Origin: an uncultured Holophagales bacterium
Lineage (GTDB): Bacteria > Acidobacteriota > Thermoanaerobaculia > Multivoradales > UBA5704
DNA length: 64,000 nucleotides
Direction: 5' to 3'
Assembly (NCBI GenBank): GCA_963842525.1
Contig: CAWJGT010000009.1
Location: forward strand, 1,728,001-1,792,000
Part shown: positions 45,400 through 55,876 of the stretch, in pieces
How the letters are laid out: each line of letters opens with the position of its first letter
Numbering within the stretch: the first letter of the stretch is position 1
Notes under the pieces: generated by a model
Seen by the model: the letters and a program-made list of their open reading frames with translations, nothing else
Databases searched by the model: none
Told to the model about the DNA's origin: nothing
Program-made: the position numbers and the translations under genes

Positions 45400-46110
45400 C
45401 TGGATGCAGTTGGCCTCGCCGCGGAGGTCGCCGACTTTTCTGTAGAGAGGTAGTGCCTGCTCGTAGCGCTCGCGAGCGTTGTCGTGGTCGGACCTTTCGA
45501 GGGCGATGTCGCCGAGGCTCTGGATGCAGTTGGCCTCGCCGAGGAGGTCGCCGACTTTTCGGTAGAAAGGTAGTGCCTGCTCGTAGCGCTCGCGAGCGGT
45601 GTCGTGGTCGAACCTTCGAAGGGCGATGTCGCCGAGGCTCTGGATGCAGTTGGCCTCGCCGAGGAGGGAGCCGACTTTTCGGAAGAGAGGTAGTGCCTGC
45701 TCGTAGCGCTCGCGAGCGGTGTCGTGGTCGGACCTGTCGAGGGCGATGTCGCCGAGTCTCTGGATGCAGTTGGCCTCGCCGAGAAGGTCGCCGACTTTTC
45801 GGAAGAGAGGTAGTGCCTGCTCGTAGCGCTCGCGAGCGGAGTCGTGGTCGGACCTTCGAAGGGCGATGTCGCCGAGTCTCTGGATACAGTTGGCCTCGCC
45901 GAGGAGGTCGCCGATTTTGCGGAAGATGGGGAGTGCCTGCTCGTAGCGCTGTCGGGCGTCGGCATGGTCGGATCTGTTGAGGGCGATCTCGCCTAGGCGT
46001 GCAATGCAGTTGGCCTCGCCGAGGAGCTTGCCGACTTTTCGGTAGAGGGCTAGTGCCTGCTCGTAGCGCTCGCGAGCGGAGTCGTGGTCGGACCTGTAGA
46101 GGGCGATTTG
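45400..46110 (-). repeat. About six 120-bp tandem repeats encoding 40-aa TPR units
   Basis: tggatgcagttggcctcgcc-type unit recurs at 45401, 45521, 45641, 45761, 45881 and 46001. Confidence 0.9.
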
Positions 46111-46470
46111 GCCGAGTTTCTCCAGGCAGCGCGCCTCCTGCTGTTGGTTTTCCAAGGCGCGAGCCGCGTCCGATGCTCGGGTCAGCGGGCCGACTGAGCC
46201 CAAGCCGGAGACGGTAGAGAATTTCCCCCAGGAGAGTGCGCCCTCAATTGCAGGTTCGGGATTTGGCTGCTCGAGCCGGGAGAGGATCATAGCTTCTACA
46301 TTTCCCGTCTCGGGCGCGAGCCGCTCGACGGCAGCCGCACCTCCTTCCCGCCCCACTTCCTCCCCTCGCAGTGCCAAATCCACATAGAACGCCACGGTCC
46401 GGTCGAAATCCTCCTGCTGCGGAGGATACCGACGCCGAGTGTGCTCCCGTACCGGCGCAAGAACCCTCAG

Positions 46471-48046
46471 AGGCTGTGAAGGAATCGCGGGTCCGAGATT
46501 GGAAGGCGGAGGGCGGTAACAAGGCGCATAATAGATGTGAGGATCCTAAAGCGTGCGCGGTCAGGGGCCACATCGTATCCGACGCGAGCTAAGGCAGCGA
46601 CAAGCGGTCGAAAACAGACTTGGACAGGGGAATTACCCTCCTTTTCGCCGCGAGGCCCTGACCTTTATGCCGATGCGACGCAGCCCGCGCCCAGCGAGAG
46701 GGTGCGCATCAGGTTGTGGGCAATGGCGAACCAAAGCAGCACCGCTCGGGCCTTGTGCAGGCCTCGCACTAACAGACGTTGCAGCCCGCGGTTGCGAGCC
46801 AGAGCGTTGACACATTCCACGCTCGACGCCCGCTGCTTGTAGATCTCTTTGGCCTCCGGTGTGCCCATGCGTTGGCGCCACTGCGCGATTGCCGGTGAAT
46901 CGGTCGACAGAGGCACATACGGATCGCGCGTCTTGTCCTTCGGCTTGGCGACCGGCGCATAGACCGTGGTGCCCAACTCGCTGGCCTTCTCGATATCTTT
47001 CAAACCGGCAAAACCACCATCGACCAAGCTCTCTGGCGGAATCACTTCATAGCGCTCTTCCAGTTGCTCCAGCATCGGCACCAACTGACCCTGATCGCTG
47101 CCGCTGTTGCTGACATCCACTCCCACCACGATCTGCGTCTCGGCGTCGACCGAAAACTGACCGTTGTACGCTGGACGAAATCCTCCATCCCCCATCTTCA
47201 TCACCCGTGCCTCGGCATCCGTCGTCGACACCCGCGCCTGGTCTTTCTTCTCCGCTGGCTTCTTGGCCGCAACCTCTGCCATCTGCGCCAACGCCGCCTT
47301 GACCCGATGCTGGCGGTCCTCCGCCGCGCGCTGCCGGGCTGCCGTCTGACGACGATTCGTCGCCTCCGGGTCTTTCTCCAGCTCCTCGCGCAGGCGTTCA
47401 ACCTGCTCCTGTGCCTCTTGTAGACAGCGCTCCAGACTCGATTGACGCCGAAACGAGGCCGCACCGGCACTGGCACGCACACGGATGCCGTCCTGCGACA
47501 CACGGTTCAGTGTCACCAGCTTCTGCTCCATCAACACCGCCACGCTCTGCGTCAGCACCTGATCGAGAAATTCCTCGTGCTGCACCCGAAAGTCCGACAA
47601 AGAGTGGTGGTTCACCGATACACCCCCCAAGATCCACCGATACGCATCGTGTTGAAGCGTCAGACGCTCCAGGGCTCGCGCGCTGCCCACGCCCTCAATC
47701 GTGGCGTACAACCATAAGGCCATGTAGATCCGCGGGTCGATGGCTGGACGGCCGGCACCCCCCTCCACCGATTGCACCTCCGCGTACAGAGGGCTCAGAT
47801 CCAGGGACTCCACGAACTCCCAGACGGCACGCGCAACGTGATCCGGCGGCAGAAGACTTTCCAGGTCCACGGGGCGCAGTTCCATCTGCGACCGGTTAGG
47901 AACCACCAAACGAGGAACCCCTTTCGCTTTGGCGGGCTCAGCACTCACTTCCGGCGCAGGGATAGGGAACAGAGTGTCGCTCATGCAGTAAGTATCTCAT
48001 GGATACGCTCCGCTACGAACCGCTTACCGGGATTTTTTCACAGGCT
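46471..48046 (-). mobile_element. IS1182-family insertion sequence
   Basis: Imperfect terminal IR aggctgtgaa...ttcacaggct; CTCAG target duplication at 46466-46470 and 48047-48051. Confidence 0.9.
46665..47984 (-). CDS. IS1182-family DDE transposase
   Basis: LLPPDHVAR, GRPAIDP, SLSDFR, QDG.RVRASA, STTDAEARVMK, AYNGQ, YKQRASSVE. Confidence 0.92.
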   Translation of the reverse strand: MSDTLFPIPAPEVSAEPAKAKGVPRLVVPNRSQMELRPVDLESLLPPDHVARAVWEFVESLDLSPLYAEVQSVEGGAGRPAIDPRIYMALWLYATIEGVGSARALERLTLQHDAYRWILGGVSVNHHSLSDFRVQHEEFLDQVLTQSVAVLMEQKLVTLNRVSQDGIRVRASAGAASFRRQSSLERCLQEAQEQVERLREELEKDPEATNRRQTAARQRAAEDRQHRVKAALAQMAEVAAKKPAEKKDQARVSTTDAEARVMKMGDGGFRPAYNGQFSVDAETQIVVGVDVSNSGSDQGQLVPMLEQLEERYEVIPPESLVDGGFAGLKDIEKASELGTTVYAPVAKPKDKTRDPYVPLSTDSPAIAQWRQRMGTPEAKEIYKQRASSVECVNALARNRGLQRLLVRGLHKARAVLLWFAIAHNLMRTLSLGAGCVASA

Positions 48047-49504
48047 CTCAGTCGAGGCCCATCAGGGAGCGCCAACCCGATCTTGCGCAGAGTGGCCGCC
48101 GCCGCATCGCTTCCTTTAGGAAGAAGGGCTGGGAGATCCCCGCGGGCGATGCCGTCCGGCAGCACGCCCAAAAGCGAAAGCAGGCGACGGGCGGGCTCCG
48201 TCATCCGGGGGCCCTGGATCGAAAGCTCCAAGGAGATCTCAAGATCGGTCAGTCGCTGCCCGCCTTCGTCTCTTCGGAGCAAGTTCGTTCGTTCTTCGGT
48301 CCACCGCCGCCTGAGTCCCGCGAGGTCCGGCTCCCCCTCGGCCTGGTAGGCCAGCAGCGTGACCGCAAGCGGCAGACGGTCGACGGCTTCGAGGAGCCAC
48401 TCGAGGTCCGGATCGTTCCGGTACCGCTCGCCAGCGACAGCCAGGAAGGCTTCTCGCGCTGCCGGCAGATCCAGCGGCCCGACCCGAATCGCCTCGCGCC
48501 AAGGCGTCCCCAAGGGGCGTTGCTCTCCCCGGATCGAGGCCACCAAAGCCAGCTTTGGCACGGCGGCGAGTTGGGCGAGCAATTCTTCTGTGGGCAACCG
48601 ATCGCCATCCCATGGAGTTTCGGTGTTGTCGAGGACGAGCAACGCTGGCCCGCGTTCGAGGCTCACGAAAAATCCGGCTTTCGAGGTCGGGTCCGGGCTC
48701 CAGCGCCAAGGAGAGGCCGATCTCGCCCACCAGGGCATCGCGGCTCTTTGCACCTTCGCATCGCACGAAGTATCTACGACTGCCGAACTTCTCGACGACT
48801 TGTCGATGGTGCAGGGCCGCCTGGGTGATCGTCGTCTTTCCGGCCCCTGGGCCGCCGAGGACCGGCACGGGCGGGGGCGGATCGGAGCAGATGGCGTCCA
48901 CCAAGATTCCGACCTCGTCCTCCCGGCCGAAGTATCGGGGCGGGGGAGGGAGGCGGTGGACGGCTTGCTGAGAACTGGTGGGAGGGGATCCCGGAGTTTT
49001 TTCTTGAAGGAGCCCTCGCACCTCGCGCGCAATCGTGGCAAGCTGCTCTTCCCGTTGGTTCCCCCGAAAGCCTGCCAGCGGCTTGGCGCCCGAGGGCCTG
49101 ATCTGCATGGCGGCCAGCCAGGGGACGACCTGCCAGTCGCAGGAGCGCACGATGATCGGGAACACGCGCAGGCCCTGCTCGCTACGGCGTGTTAGAAGCC
49201 GGGGAACCTCCTCTCCGCGAATGAAAGGCGAGGTCAGGAAATCGGCCGAGATGAGGAGCAGGGCGATGTCCGCCGATTCGATCTCCCTGGTGATCTCTTC
49301 GAACCAGCCGGAGCCCGCCTCGATCCGTTGGTCGTCCCAGATTTCGAGCAGGCCCTCCTCGGCGGAAATGCCGAGGTGCTTCACAAGACGGTCTTTCCAG
49401 ACCTCGTCCTCATGGCTGTAGCTGATGAAGACCTTGGGAGGGGGCACACGAAAATTCTAACCTGTTCGGCCCCTGCTCAGGACGCCTGCGGACGTACATT
49501 GTCG

Positions 49505-49638
49505 ACGAGGCCTTGTGCGTCACCCACAAGCTGTCGTACCTGACGCACGACGCCTAGTACGCCACGTACGAGGCCTCGTACGTCACTCACGAGCCGTCGT
49601 ACGTGACGTACCAGGCCTCGTCGGTGACAAACGAGGCC
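49505..49638. repeat. Degenerate 21-bp tandem repeat (about 6 units)
   Basis: acgaggcctcgtacgtcactc-like units in an intergenic region. Confidence 0.7.
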
Positions 49639-49671
49639 ATGGCGGCGGGGTACCCGCCCGTTTCGCTCACT

Positions 49672-51460
49672 CTATTTCTGCTTGCCCTTCGCCCCCGTTC
49701 TGGCTTTCGCCAGCAGCTCCTCGGCTTCCTGGCGTTGGCCGGCGTCGAGGGTGGTGGAGATGAGCTCTTCGAGGAGCTCGACGGCGGCCTTCTGATTGCC
49801 GGCGCCGATGTATTCGATGGCGCGGTTGTAGCTGTCACCGAACTGGTTGTAGTTGAGGACGTAGCGGATCTCGTCGAGCCGGCGCTGGAGCTCGTCGCGG
49901 CGGCGGTCGGTGTGGGCGCGGGGGATCAGGGCTTCGAGCTGCGGAACGGCTTCCGCCAGCTTGCCCTGGCCGATCAGCCTCTCGACCTGCTTGCGCTCCG
50001 CGAGGAGGATGGCATCGCGCGCCCGCTCGACCATGTCGGGAGCGCGCGGCACGAGGACCTTTTCGATCAGCTCTTCGGCTTGGGCGCGCTCGCCGGCCTG
50101 GGCGTAGGCCAGCGCGAGGTTGAAGGCGAGATCGATCCGGTCGGGCAGCAGGCGGTGGGCGGTCTCGAAGACCTGGGTTATCTCGGTGGGCGAGGGGTCC
50201 ATCAGGCTCAAGGTCTGGGCGAGGCGGCCCCAGGCCTCGGCGTAGCCGGGCTGCAGGGCGACGACCCGCTCCAGGGCGGCCCGGGCCTGCGGCAGTCGGA
50301 TGCCGTCGGTGTCGGGCTCCAGGAGGTTCACGGCGAGGCGGAAGTGGACGGCGTAGTCGTCCGGGGCGACGCGGGCGGCTTTTTCGTAGAGGGTGTGCGC
50401 CTCGTCCCGGTGGCCGGACAGCTCTTCGATCCGGCCGAGGCCGGCGAGGGCCCGCGGGTGGTCCGATTTCTGCGCCAGGGCCGCACGGAAGTGCTCGGCC
50501 GCCTCGCCTGTCTGCTGCTCGTTGCTGGCGCGCAGCAGCAGCTCTCCCAGGCGGACGAGGGCGTCGGCGTGCTCCAGGGGGCTCACCTGGATCGCGAAGT
50601 CCGACTCCGCGCGGACCGGCTCGGCGCGGACCAGGAAAACGGCGCGGCGCACGTAGGCCCGCAGCCTCGTCTCCAGCACGTGCTCGTCCGTGCCGAGGAG
50701 GCGGCGGAGAGAGTCCGGCCCGGCCTTGCCGCGCGCCACGTCCTGGAGATAGCCGAGCATCCGCTGCCGCTCGTCCGAGTCCCCGTTCAACAGGTAATGG
50801 ACCAGCGCCCAGGACTGGGCGTAGAAGACTCCCCGCCGGTCCCCTTCGTTGTAGTCCGGCGAGCTCTGGTCCACGGCGAACAGCTCGCGCAGCGGGATCA
50901 TCGCGTGGCGCCGCAGCCAGAGGACGTGCTCCCGGATCGCCGTGCCGATATGCGCTTCGGTCGCCCTGACCTGGAAGGTGCTGTAGTACTCGGACAGCCC
51001 CTCGTTGAGCCAGAGCGGCAGGTCCACATAGTTGGCGCGGAGCACGGAGTGCAGGTATTCGTGATAGGTGATGGCCGTCTCGTCCCCCTTGGGATCGCCG
51101 TTGATGACCATGTAGTTGACTTCCGGGTGGGAGATGAAATAGCCCTGGCCGGCCAGCGGCTTGCCCTGGTAGAGCAGCTTGTAGGAACGGAAGGACGCGT
51201 CGTTGCGGAAGACGTAGATATAGGTGGGCTGGGGCGAGCTGCAGCTCGAGGTCCGGGTTGATCTGCCCCAGGGCCGACCGCAGCCGCTCGAGGTCGGCCG
51301 CGATGCGGCGGGTGTTCTTTTCCCCGGAATTGCTGAACAGCAGGAAGCTCGGGCTGCGGACCTGGATCCAGGGCTCGTCCGGCGACGGCAGGGCGAGGGC
51401 TGGGCAGGAGAGGAGGGGAAGGAGGAGGGCCGCGGCGCGCAGAAATCGTGAAGCTGACAT
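49672..51460 (-). CDS. Secreted DUF1570/peptidase-MA-like protein with TPR repeats; frameshift near 51240
   Basis: Signal peptide; HEYLH, PLWLNEGLSEY, FYAQSWALVHYL; TPRs. Confidence 0.8.
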
Positions 51461-51626
51461 CGATCGGCTCCGGATGAGAAGAGAGATTCGTAACTCCCAT
51501 GAGGGACGGAAAGGACAGCAAGGACTCCAGGGTCAGCAAGGACATGCCGGAGGCTCGCTCTTCGGTTGTTGTCGTTGCAGTCCTTGGTGTCCTTGCTGTC
51601 CTTTCCCCGATGCTACAGTCCCCCTC

Positions 51627-52961
51627 ATGCTCCGCAGAGTCCTCGACGCCTACCGGCAGGCCTATGCCGGCCTGCCCGGGCCGGTGTGGCGGCTTGCCGT
51701 GGCCACGCTGGTCAACCGGAGCGGCACGATGGTGCTGCCGTTCCTGGCCCTCTATCTGACCCGCGAGCAGGGATTCACCACGATCCAGGCGGGACAGGCT
51801 CTTGCGGCCTACGGCCTTGGCGGAGCGGCGGGCTCGTTTCTGGGCGGCTGGCTGTCGGACCGTCTCGCGCCCTGGCGGGTGATGGTGGGGAGCCTGACGC
51901 TGCACGGGATCGGCTTCCTGGTGCTGGAGCACGTGCAGGGCCACGCGGCGATCCTTTTCATGGTCCTGGGCCTCAGCCTCGTCGGCGAAGCCTTCCGGCC
52001 GGCCATGTCGTCGGCCATCGCCGCGGTCACCGCGCCGGACGAGCGGCCTCGCAGCTTCGCCCTCTACCGGCTGGCGATCAACCTCGGCATGACGTTCGGT
52101 CCGACGGTGGGCGGCTTCCTGGCGGTCCATGACTATGCCTGGCTGTTCCGCGCCGACGGCGTCACCTGCCTGCTGGCCGCCGCTTTCCTCCTGCTCTCGT
52201 TCCGCCGCGGTGGGATGGCGGCGCGGGTCGTGCCCGAGGCGCAGAGGGTGGTGGGGATCTCGCCCTGGCAGGACCGTCCCTTCCTGGCCATGCTCGGCCT
52301 GCTGTTCCTGCTGGCGGCCATGACCTTCCAGATCGCCAGCACCTTCCCGCTGACGCTGCGCGATCACTATGGAATGTCGGAGGCGTGGATCGGGCTGGTG
52401 TTCGGGATCAACACCCTGGTGATCGTCCTCTTCGAGATGGTACTGGTCCACCGCCTCGAGCAACGGGATCCGCTGGCGATCGTGGGGTTCGGCGCCTTCC
52501 TGTTCGGCCTCGGGTTCGCGCTCCTCCCGCTGGGCTCGACCTTCGCCTTCGCCGCCTTCACGGTGCTGGTCTGGACGGTGGGGGAGATGCTGAGCTTTCC
52601 CATCGTCTCGGGCGTGGTCGCCAACCGGGCCGGAGAGGCGAACATGGGGCTCTACATGGGTCTGTTCAACCTCTCGTTCGAGGGGGCCTATGTGGTGGCG
52701 CCGCTCGCCGGCACCTGGATCTACCAGCGCTTCGGGCCGCTGGCGCTCGGGCTCGGCTGCGGCGTCCTCGGCCTGGTGCTCTGGGTGGGATTCCAGGCCC
52801 TCTCGAAGCCGATGCGGCGGAGGCCCTCACTCCCCGGCCCCCTCTCCCAACCGCCCTCCCTTCCGCCGGGAGAGGGGGAGGACAGAGTCAACCGATCTGG
52901 GGAGGCGGAGGCGGCTCCTCGTGCAGATGCAGCTTCCGGTAGCCCCGGTTCCAGTAGATGA
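51627..52961 (+). CDS. MFS transporter
   Basis: About 12 hydrophobic segments, GGWLSDRL motif A, NLGMTFGPTVGG; C-terminus reads through a REP at 52824-52880. Confidence 0.9.
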   Translation: MLRRVLDAYRQAYAGLPGPVWRLAVATLVNRSGTMVLPFLALYLTREQGFTTIQAGQALAAYGLGGAAGSFLGGWLSDRLAPWRVMVGSLTLHGIGFLVLEHVQGHAAILFMVLGLSLVGEAFRPAMSSAIAAVTAPDERPRSFALYRLAINLGMTFGPTVGGFLAVHDYAWLFRADGVTCLLAAAFLLLSFRRGGMAARVVPEAQRVVGISPWQDRPFLAMLGLLFLLAAMTFQIASTFPLTLRDHYGMSEAWIGLVFGINTLVIVLFEMVLVHRLEQRDPLAIVGFGAFLFGLGFALLPLGSTFAFAAFTVLVWTVGEMLSFPIVSGVVANRAGEANMGLYMGLFNLSFEGAYVVAPLAGTWIYQRFGPLALGLGCGVLGLVLWVGFQALSKPMRRRPSLPGPLSQPPSLPPGEGEDRVNRSGEAEAAPRADAASGSPGSSR

Positions 52962-53403
52962 GCGGCGGCGCGCCTTCCTTGGGGACCGCGCTGGCCTCGA
53001 CCGCGCCGACGTAGATGGTGTGCGAGCCGGCGGGGTAGCGCGCATGGATGCGGCAGTCGAGCCAGGCCAGCGCATCGACCAGGACCGGAGCGCCGGTGAC
53101 CCCCGTCGACCAGGTCCCCTGGGCGAAGCGGTCCTCGTCCTTGACCCAGGCGAAGCGGTTCGACAGCTCCGACTGACCTTCGCCCAGGATGTTGACCGCG
53201 AACACGGCGTCCTCCTCCTGCAGCAGCGGATAGGCCTTGTGACGGTTTTCGATGATGATCATGATGAGCGGCGGCTCGGCCGAGACCGAGGCGAACGCCG
53301 AAACGGTGAGGCCGTGGATGCGCTCGCCGGCCCGGATCGTCACGATGGTGACGCCCGCCGGGAAGTGGCGCAGGGCATTGCGGAATTCTTCGGACGAGAT
53401 CAC
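52888..53403 (-). CDS. Flavin reductase family protein
   Basis: FRNALRHFPAGVTIVT, SVSAEPP, FAVNIL, AGSHTIYVG, PLIY. Confidence 0.92.
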   Translation of the reverse strand: MISSEEFRNALRHFPAGVTIVTIRAGERIHGLTVSAFASVSAEPPLIMIIIENRHKAYPLLQEEDAVFAVNILGEGQSELSNRFAWVKDEDRFAQGTWSTGVTGAPVLVDALAWLDCRIHARYPAGSHTIYVGAVEASAVPKEGAPPLIYWNRGYRKLHLHEEPPPPPQIG

Positions 53404-53572
53404 GCGCGGCTCCCTCCCCGGGCATGGACGTTTGACTGCGCGGGCGATTCTCCCATACTCTCCGGCCCCCGCGATTTCACGGCCTTCTCAAGTGCCGGCC
53501 CGGCTTTACTGCCGGTCTCTCTCCGTCTAAGCTAGACCCGGTCTTCGGAGGGCTTCTAGGGAGATCGACCGC

Positions 53573-54974
53573 ATGGCCGCTAAGGGCAGGACGCGCGAGG
53601 GGTGTGCCGTTTGGCTGCTGGCTCTGGCTCTGGCTTCGTCCGGGCTCACTGCTGCTCAGGAACCGCAGGAGCCGGAGCAGCCGTCCGAGGAAGAACCCGC
53701 GTCCCTGCGGCCCGGGCTGAGCTTCGGCCTCGAGGTGAAGGCGAATTTCCGCCACAGCGAGCTCAACCGCTTCCCCGTCCCCTTTCCCTTCGAGCCGTCG
53801 CAGCTCCCGCCCGGTGAGACCCGGGGCTTCGAAGAGACGGTGAACGAGGGGTCGCATCTTGAAGTCTCGACCGTGACCCTGCTCCTGGACGCGGTCTGGG
53901 GAGACGGGCTCGTGGCCCACGGCAAGGTGGATTTCATCGACCTCTATGACCGCAATCCCACCTCCGCCGACAGGAAGGTCGACGTGGACGAGGCGTGGTT
54001 CCGGTTCGGCGTCGAGGCCGAACCCGCCACCCTGCCGGCGCGCAGCGGCGTCTATCTGAAGGTGGGGAAGCTTCCCAAATTCGAGCGGCAGGACGACCGG
54101 CACCTGGAGAGCTATGGGCTGGTCTCGACCGCCTTCAACCGCTTCGAGGACATCGGGCTCGAGCTGGGCGCGAGCTTCGGCCGCCATCTCTACCTCAAGG
54201 CCTCGGCCACCCAGGGCAACCCGGTGTTCATCCGCGACCCGAACGCCCTGGCCGGCGACAACGGCACCGACGACCTCATCCGGTTCCCGAACCCGGACCC
54301 GGAGCTCGAAGACGGGCGTGGTGATCCTCTACGACGCCGAGGTGGAGGACGTCGACACCGACGGCGACCTGGAGCTGGGCGGCGGCCTGGGAGTGCGTTT
54401 CGCCGACGAGGCGGGGCAGCGCGGCTTCGACGTGCTGGCCTGGGCCTACCAGCGCAAGCTGGCGGAGACGGTGGAGCTGGAAGGCACCTTCTACGGCGGC
54501 GACATCGACCTGCTCAACGGGCCTTTCGACCTGCCCAGCACCCGCTTCCCCCAGCTCTCGGGCGACGAGAAGCGGGAGCTTGGCGCCAACCTCTGGCTCT
54601 ATTGGGGCGGGCTCACATTCTTTTCCCAGTACGTGGACCAGGAGATCGCGGGCCTGCCGCGGACCGGGATCGAAGGGGAGCTCGCCTGGAGCTTCGACCT
54701 GCCGCTGGTCTGGTCGATCGGCGAGCACCAGCTCTTCACCTTCGTCGCCCCCGCGCTACGGTATTCCAAGCTGGACAACGACTTCCGCAACCCTGCGCAG
54801 ACGCCGTCCCCGAGCCTCAACTGGGACTGGGAGAAGCTCGACGCGGGCGTGCGGCTGGGAATCGTCCCCGGGGTGGAGCTGACGATGGAGTACGCGGACA
54901 ACCGCTTCATCCTCGGCTCGGGGGCCAAGAGGGAGAACAACGAGTTTCTGGCCACGCTGAGGTGGAAGACGTGA
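53573..54974 (+). CDS. Probable outer-membrane beta-barrel protein; frameshift near 54308
   Basis: Signal peptide; amphipathic strands VDEAWFRF, YLKVGK; ends NEFLATLRWKT. Confidence 0.65.
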
Positions 54975-55876
54975 GGCCTCACCCCCTGTCCCCCTCTCCC
55001 ATCTCCCTTCCACCCCCCGCCGGGAGAGGGGGGACGTGGTTGAAGCCGATTGCCGATCTCCCCAGACTCGTAGAAGCACAGCATGCTGCGCCCGAAACGC
55101 CCCACCAGACCGCGACGGACCGGAACCGCCACATCCACCCGCATGCGTCCCCCCTCTCCCGGGGAAGGGAGGGTGGGAGATGGGAGAGGGGGACAGGGGG
55201 TGAGGTCCTTCTCGCCGCCCTCCTCCTCGTTCTCTGCCTTCCAGGTCTGGCCGCCGCCGAGGATCTCCGTGGCACCGTGCAGCTCCTGGCCAAGGGAGGC
55301 AAGGGACCGGCCCGTGGGGTGGACGTGCGGCAGGCGATCGTCTATTTCGAGCCGGCCGGAGGGGCGACGGTGCGGGCGCCGGCGGCTCCCTTCACCATGG
55401 CGACGCGCAAGAAGCAGTTCGCGCCGCGGGTGCTGACCGTGCCGCGCGGCAGCAAGGTGCGCTTCCCCAACGAGGACCCGATCCTCCACAACGTGTTCTC
55501 GGTCTCCCCGGGCAACGCCTTCGACCTCGGCCTCTACAGGCAGGGCGCCGGCAAGGAGAAGGAGCTGGACGAGCCCGGGCTGGTGCGGGTCTTCTGTAAC
55601 GTGCACCACGATATGGTCGCCTATGTCCTTGTGCTCAATACGCCCTATTTCGCCTCTCCGGGAGCGGATGGGACGTTCATCCTCACCGGGCTGCCCAGGG
55701 GGCCGGGCCGTCTGACCGTCTGGCACGAGCAGGCAGATTTCATGACTCTCGATGTCCAGGTTCCGGCATCCCAGCCGACGGTCGCCCGGCTGGAAATCGT
55801 CCGGCCGCGGGTTCCTCCACATCTGAACAAGATCGGTCTGTCGTATTCCAAGCGTGACCGCTACAACCAGCCCTGA
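54971..55876 (+). CDS. Cupredoxin-like protein with carboxypeptidase-regulatory-like C-terminal domain; REP doublet in frame at N-terminus
   Basis: FPNEDPILHNVFS, FDLGLY, VFCNVHHDM (His...Cys-x2-His-x2-Met); start position uncertain. Confidence 0.75.
   Translation: MRPHPLSPSPISLPPPAGRGGTWLKPIADLPRLVEAQHAAPETPHQTATDRNRHIHPHASPLSRGREGGRWERGTGGEVLLAALLLVLCLPGLAAAEDLRGTVQLLAKGGKGPARGVDVRQAIVYFEPAGGATVRAPAAPFTMATRKKQFAPRVLTVPRGSKVRFPNEDPILHNVFSVSPGNAFDLGLYRQGAGKEKELDEPGLVRVFCNVHHDMVAYVLVLNTPYFASPGADGTFILTGLPRGPGRLTVWHEQADFMTLDVQVPASQPTVARLEIVRPRVPPHLNKIGLSYSKRDRYNQP
54977..55205. repeat. REP doublet with arms nearly identical to 27808-27970
   Basis: Same cctcaccccctgtccccctctcccatctcccttccaccccccgccgggagaggggg arm. 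Confidence 0.85.

Larger units (their letters stand above)
45097..49447 (-). pseudogene. TIR - STAND/NB-ARC-like NTPase - TPR protein interrupted by IS1182
   Basis: TIR KVFISYSHED, Walker A GGPGAGKT, Walker B LLVLDN, RLPLAV; frame continues across the IS as DGPRL-RVLAPVRE; frameshift near 48670. Confidence 0.88.

Noticed and set aside
45400-46110. Possible DGR template/variable repeats or CRISPR
   Set aside because: These are in-frame TPR-coding tandem repeats; no reverse transcriptase is present and no adenine-specific pattern was evident
51503-51610. 9-bp-period ggacagcaa-like repeats in inverted arrangement
   Set aside because: Short intergenic repeat between divergent genes; no further supportable function
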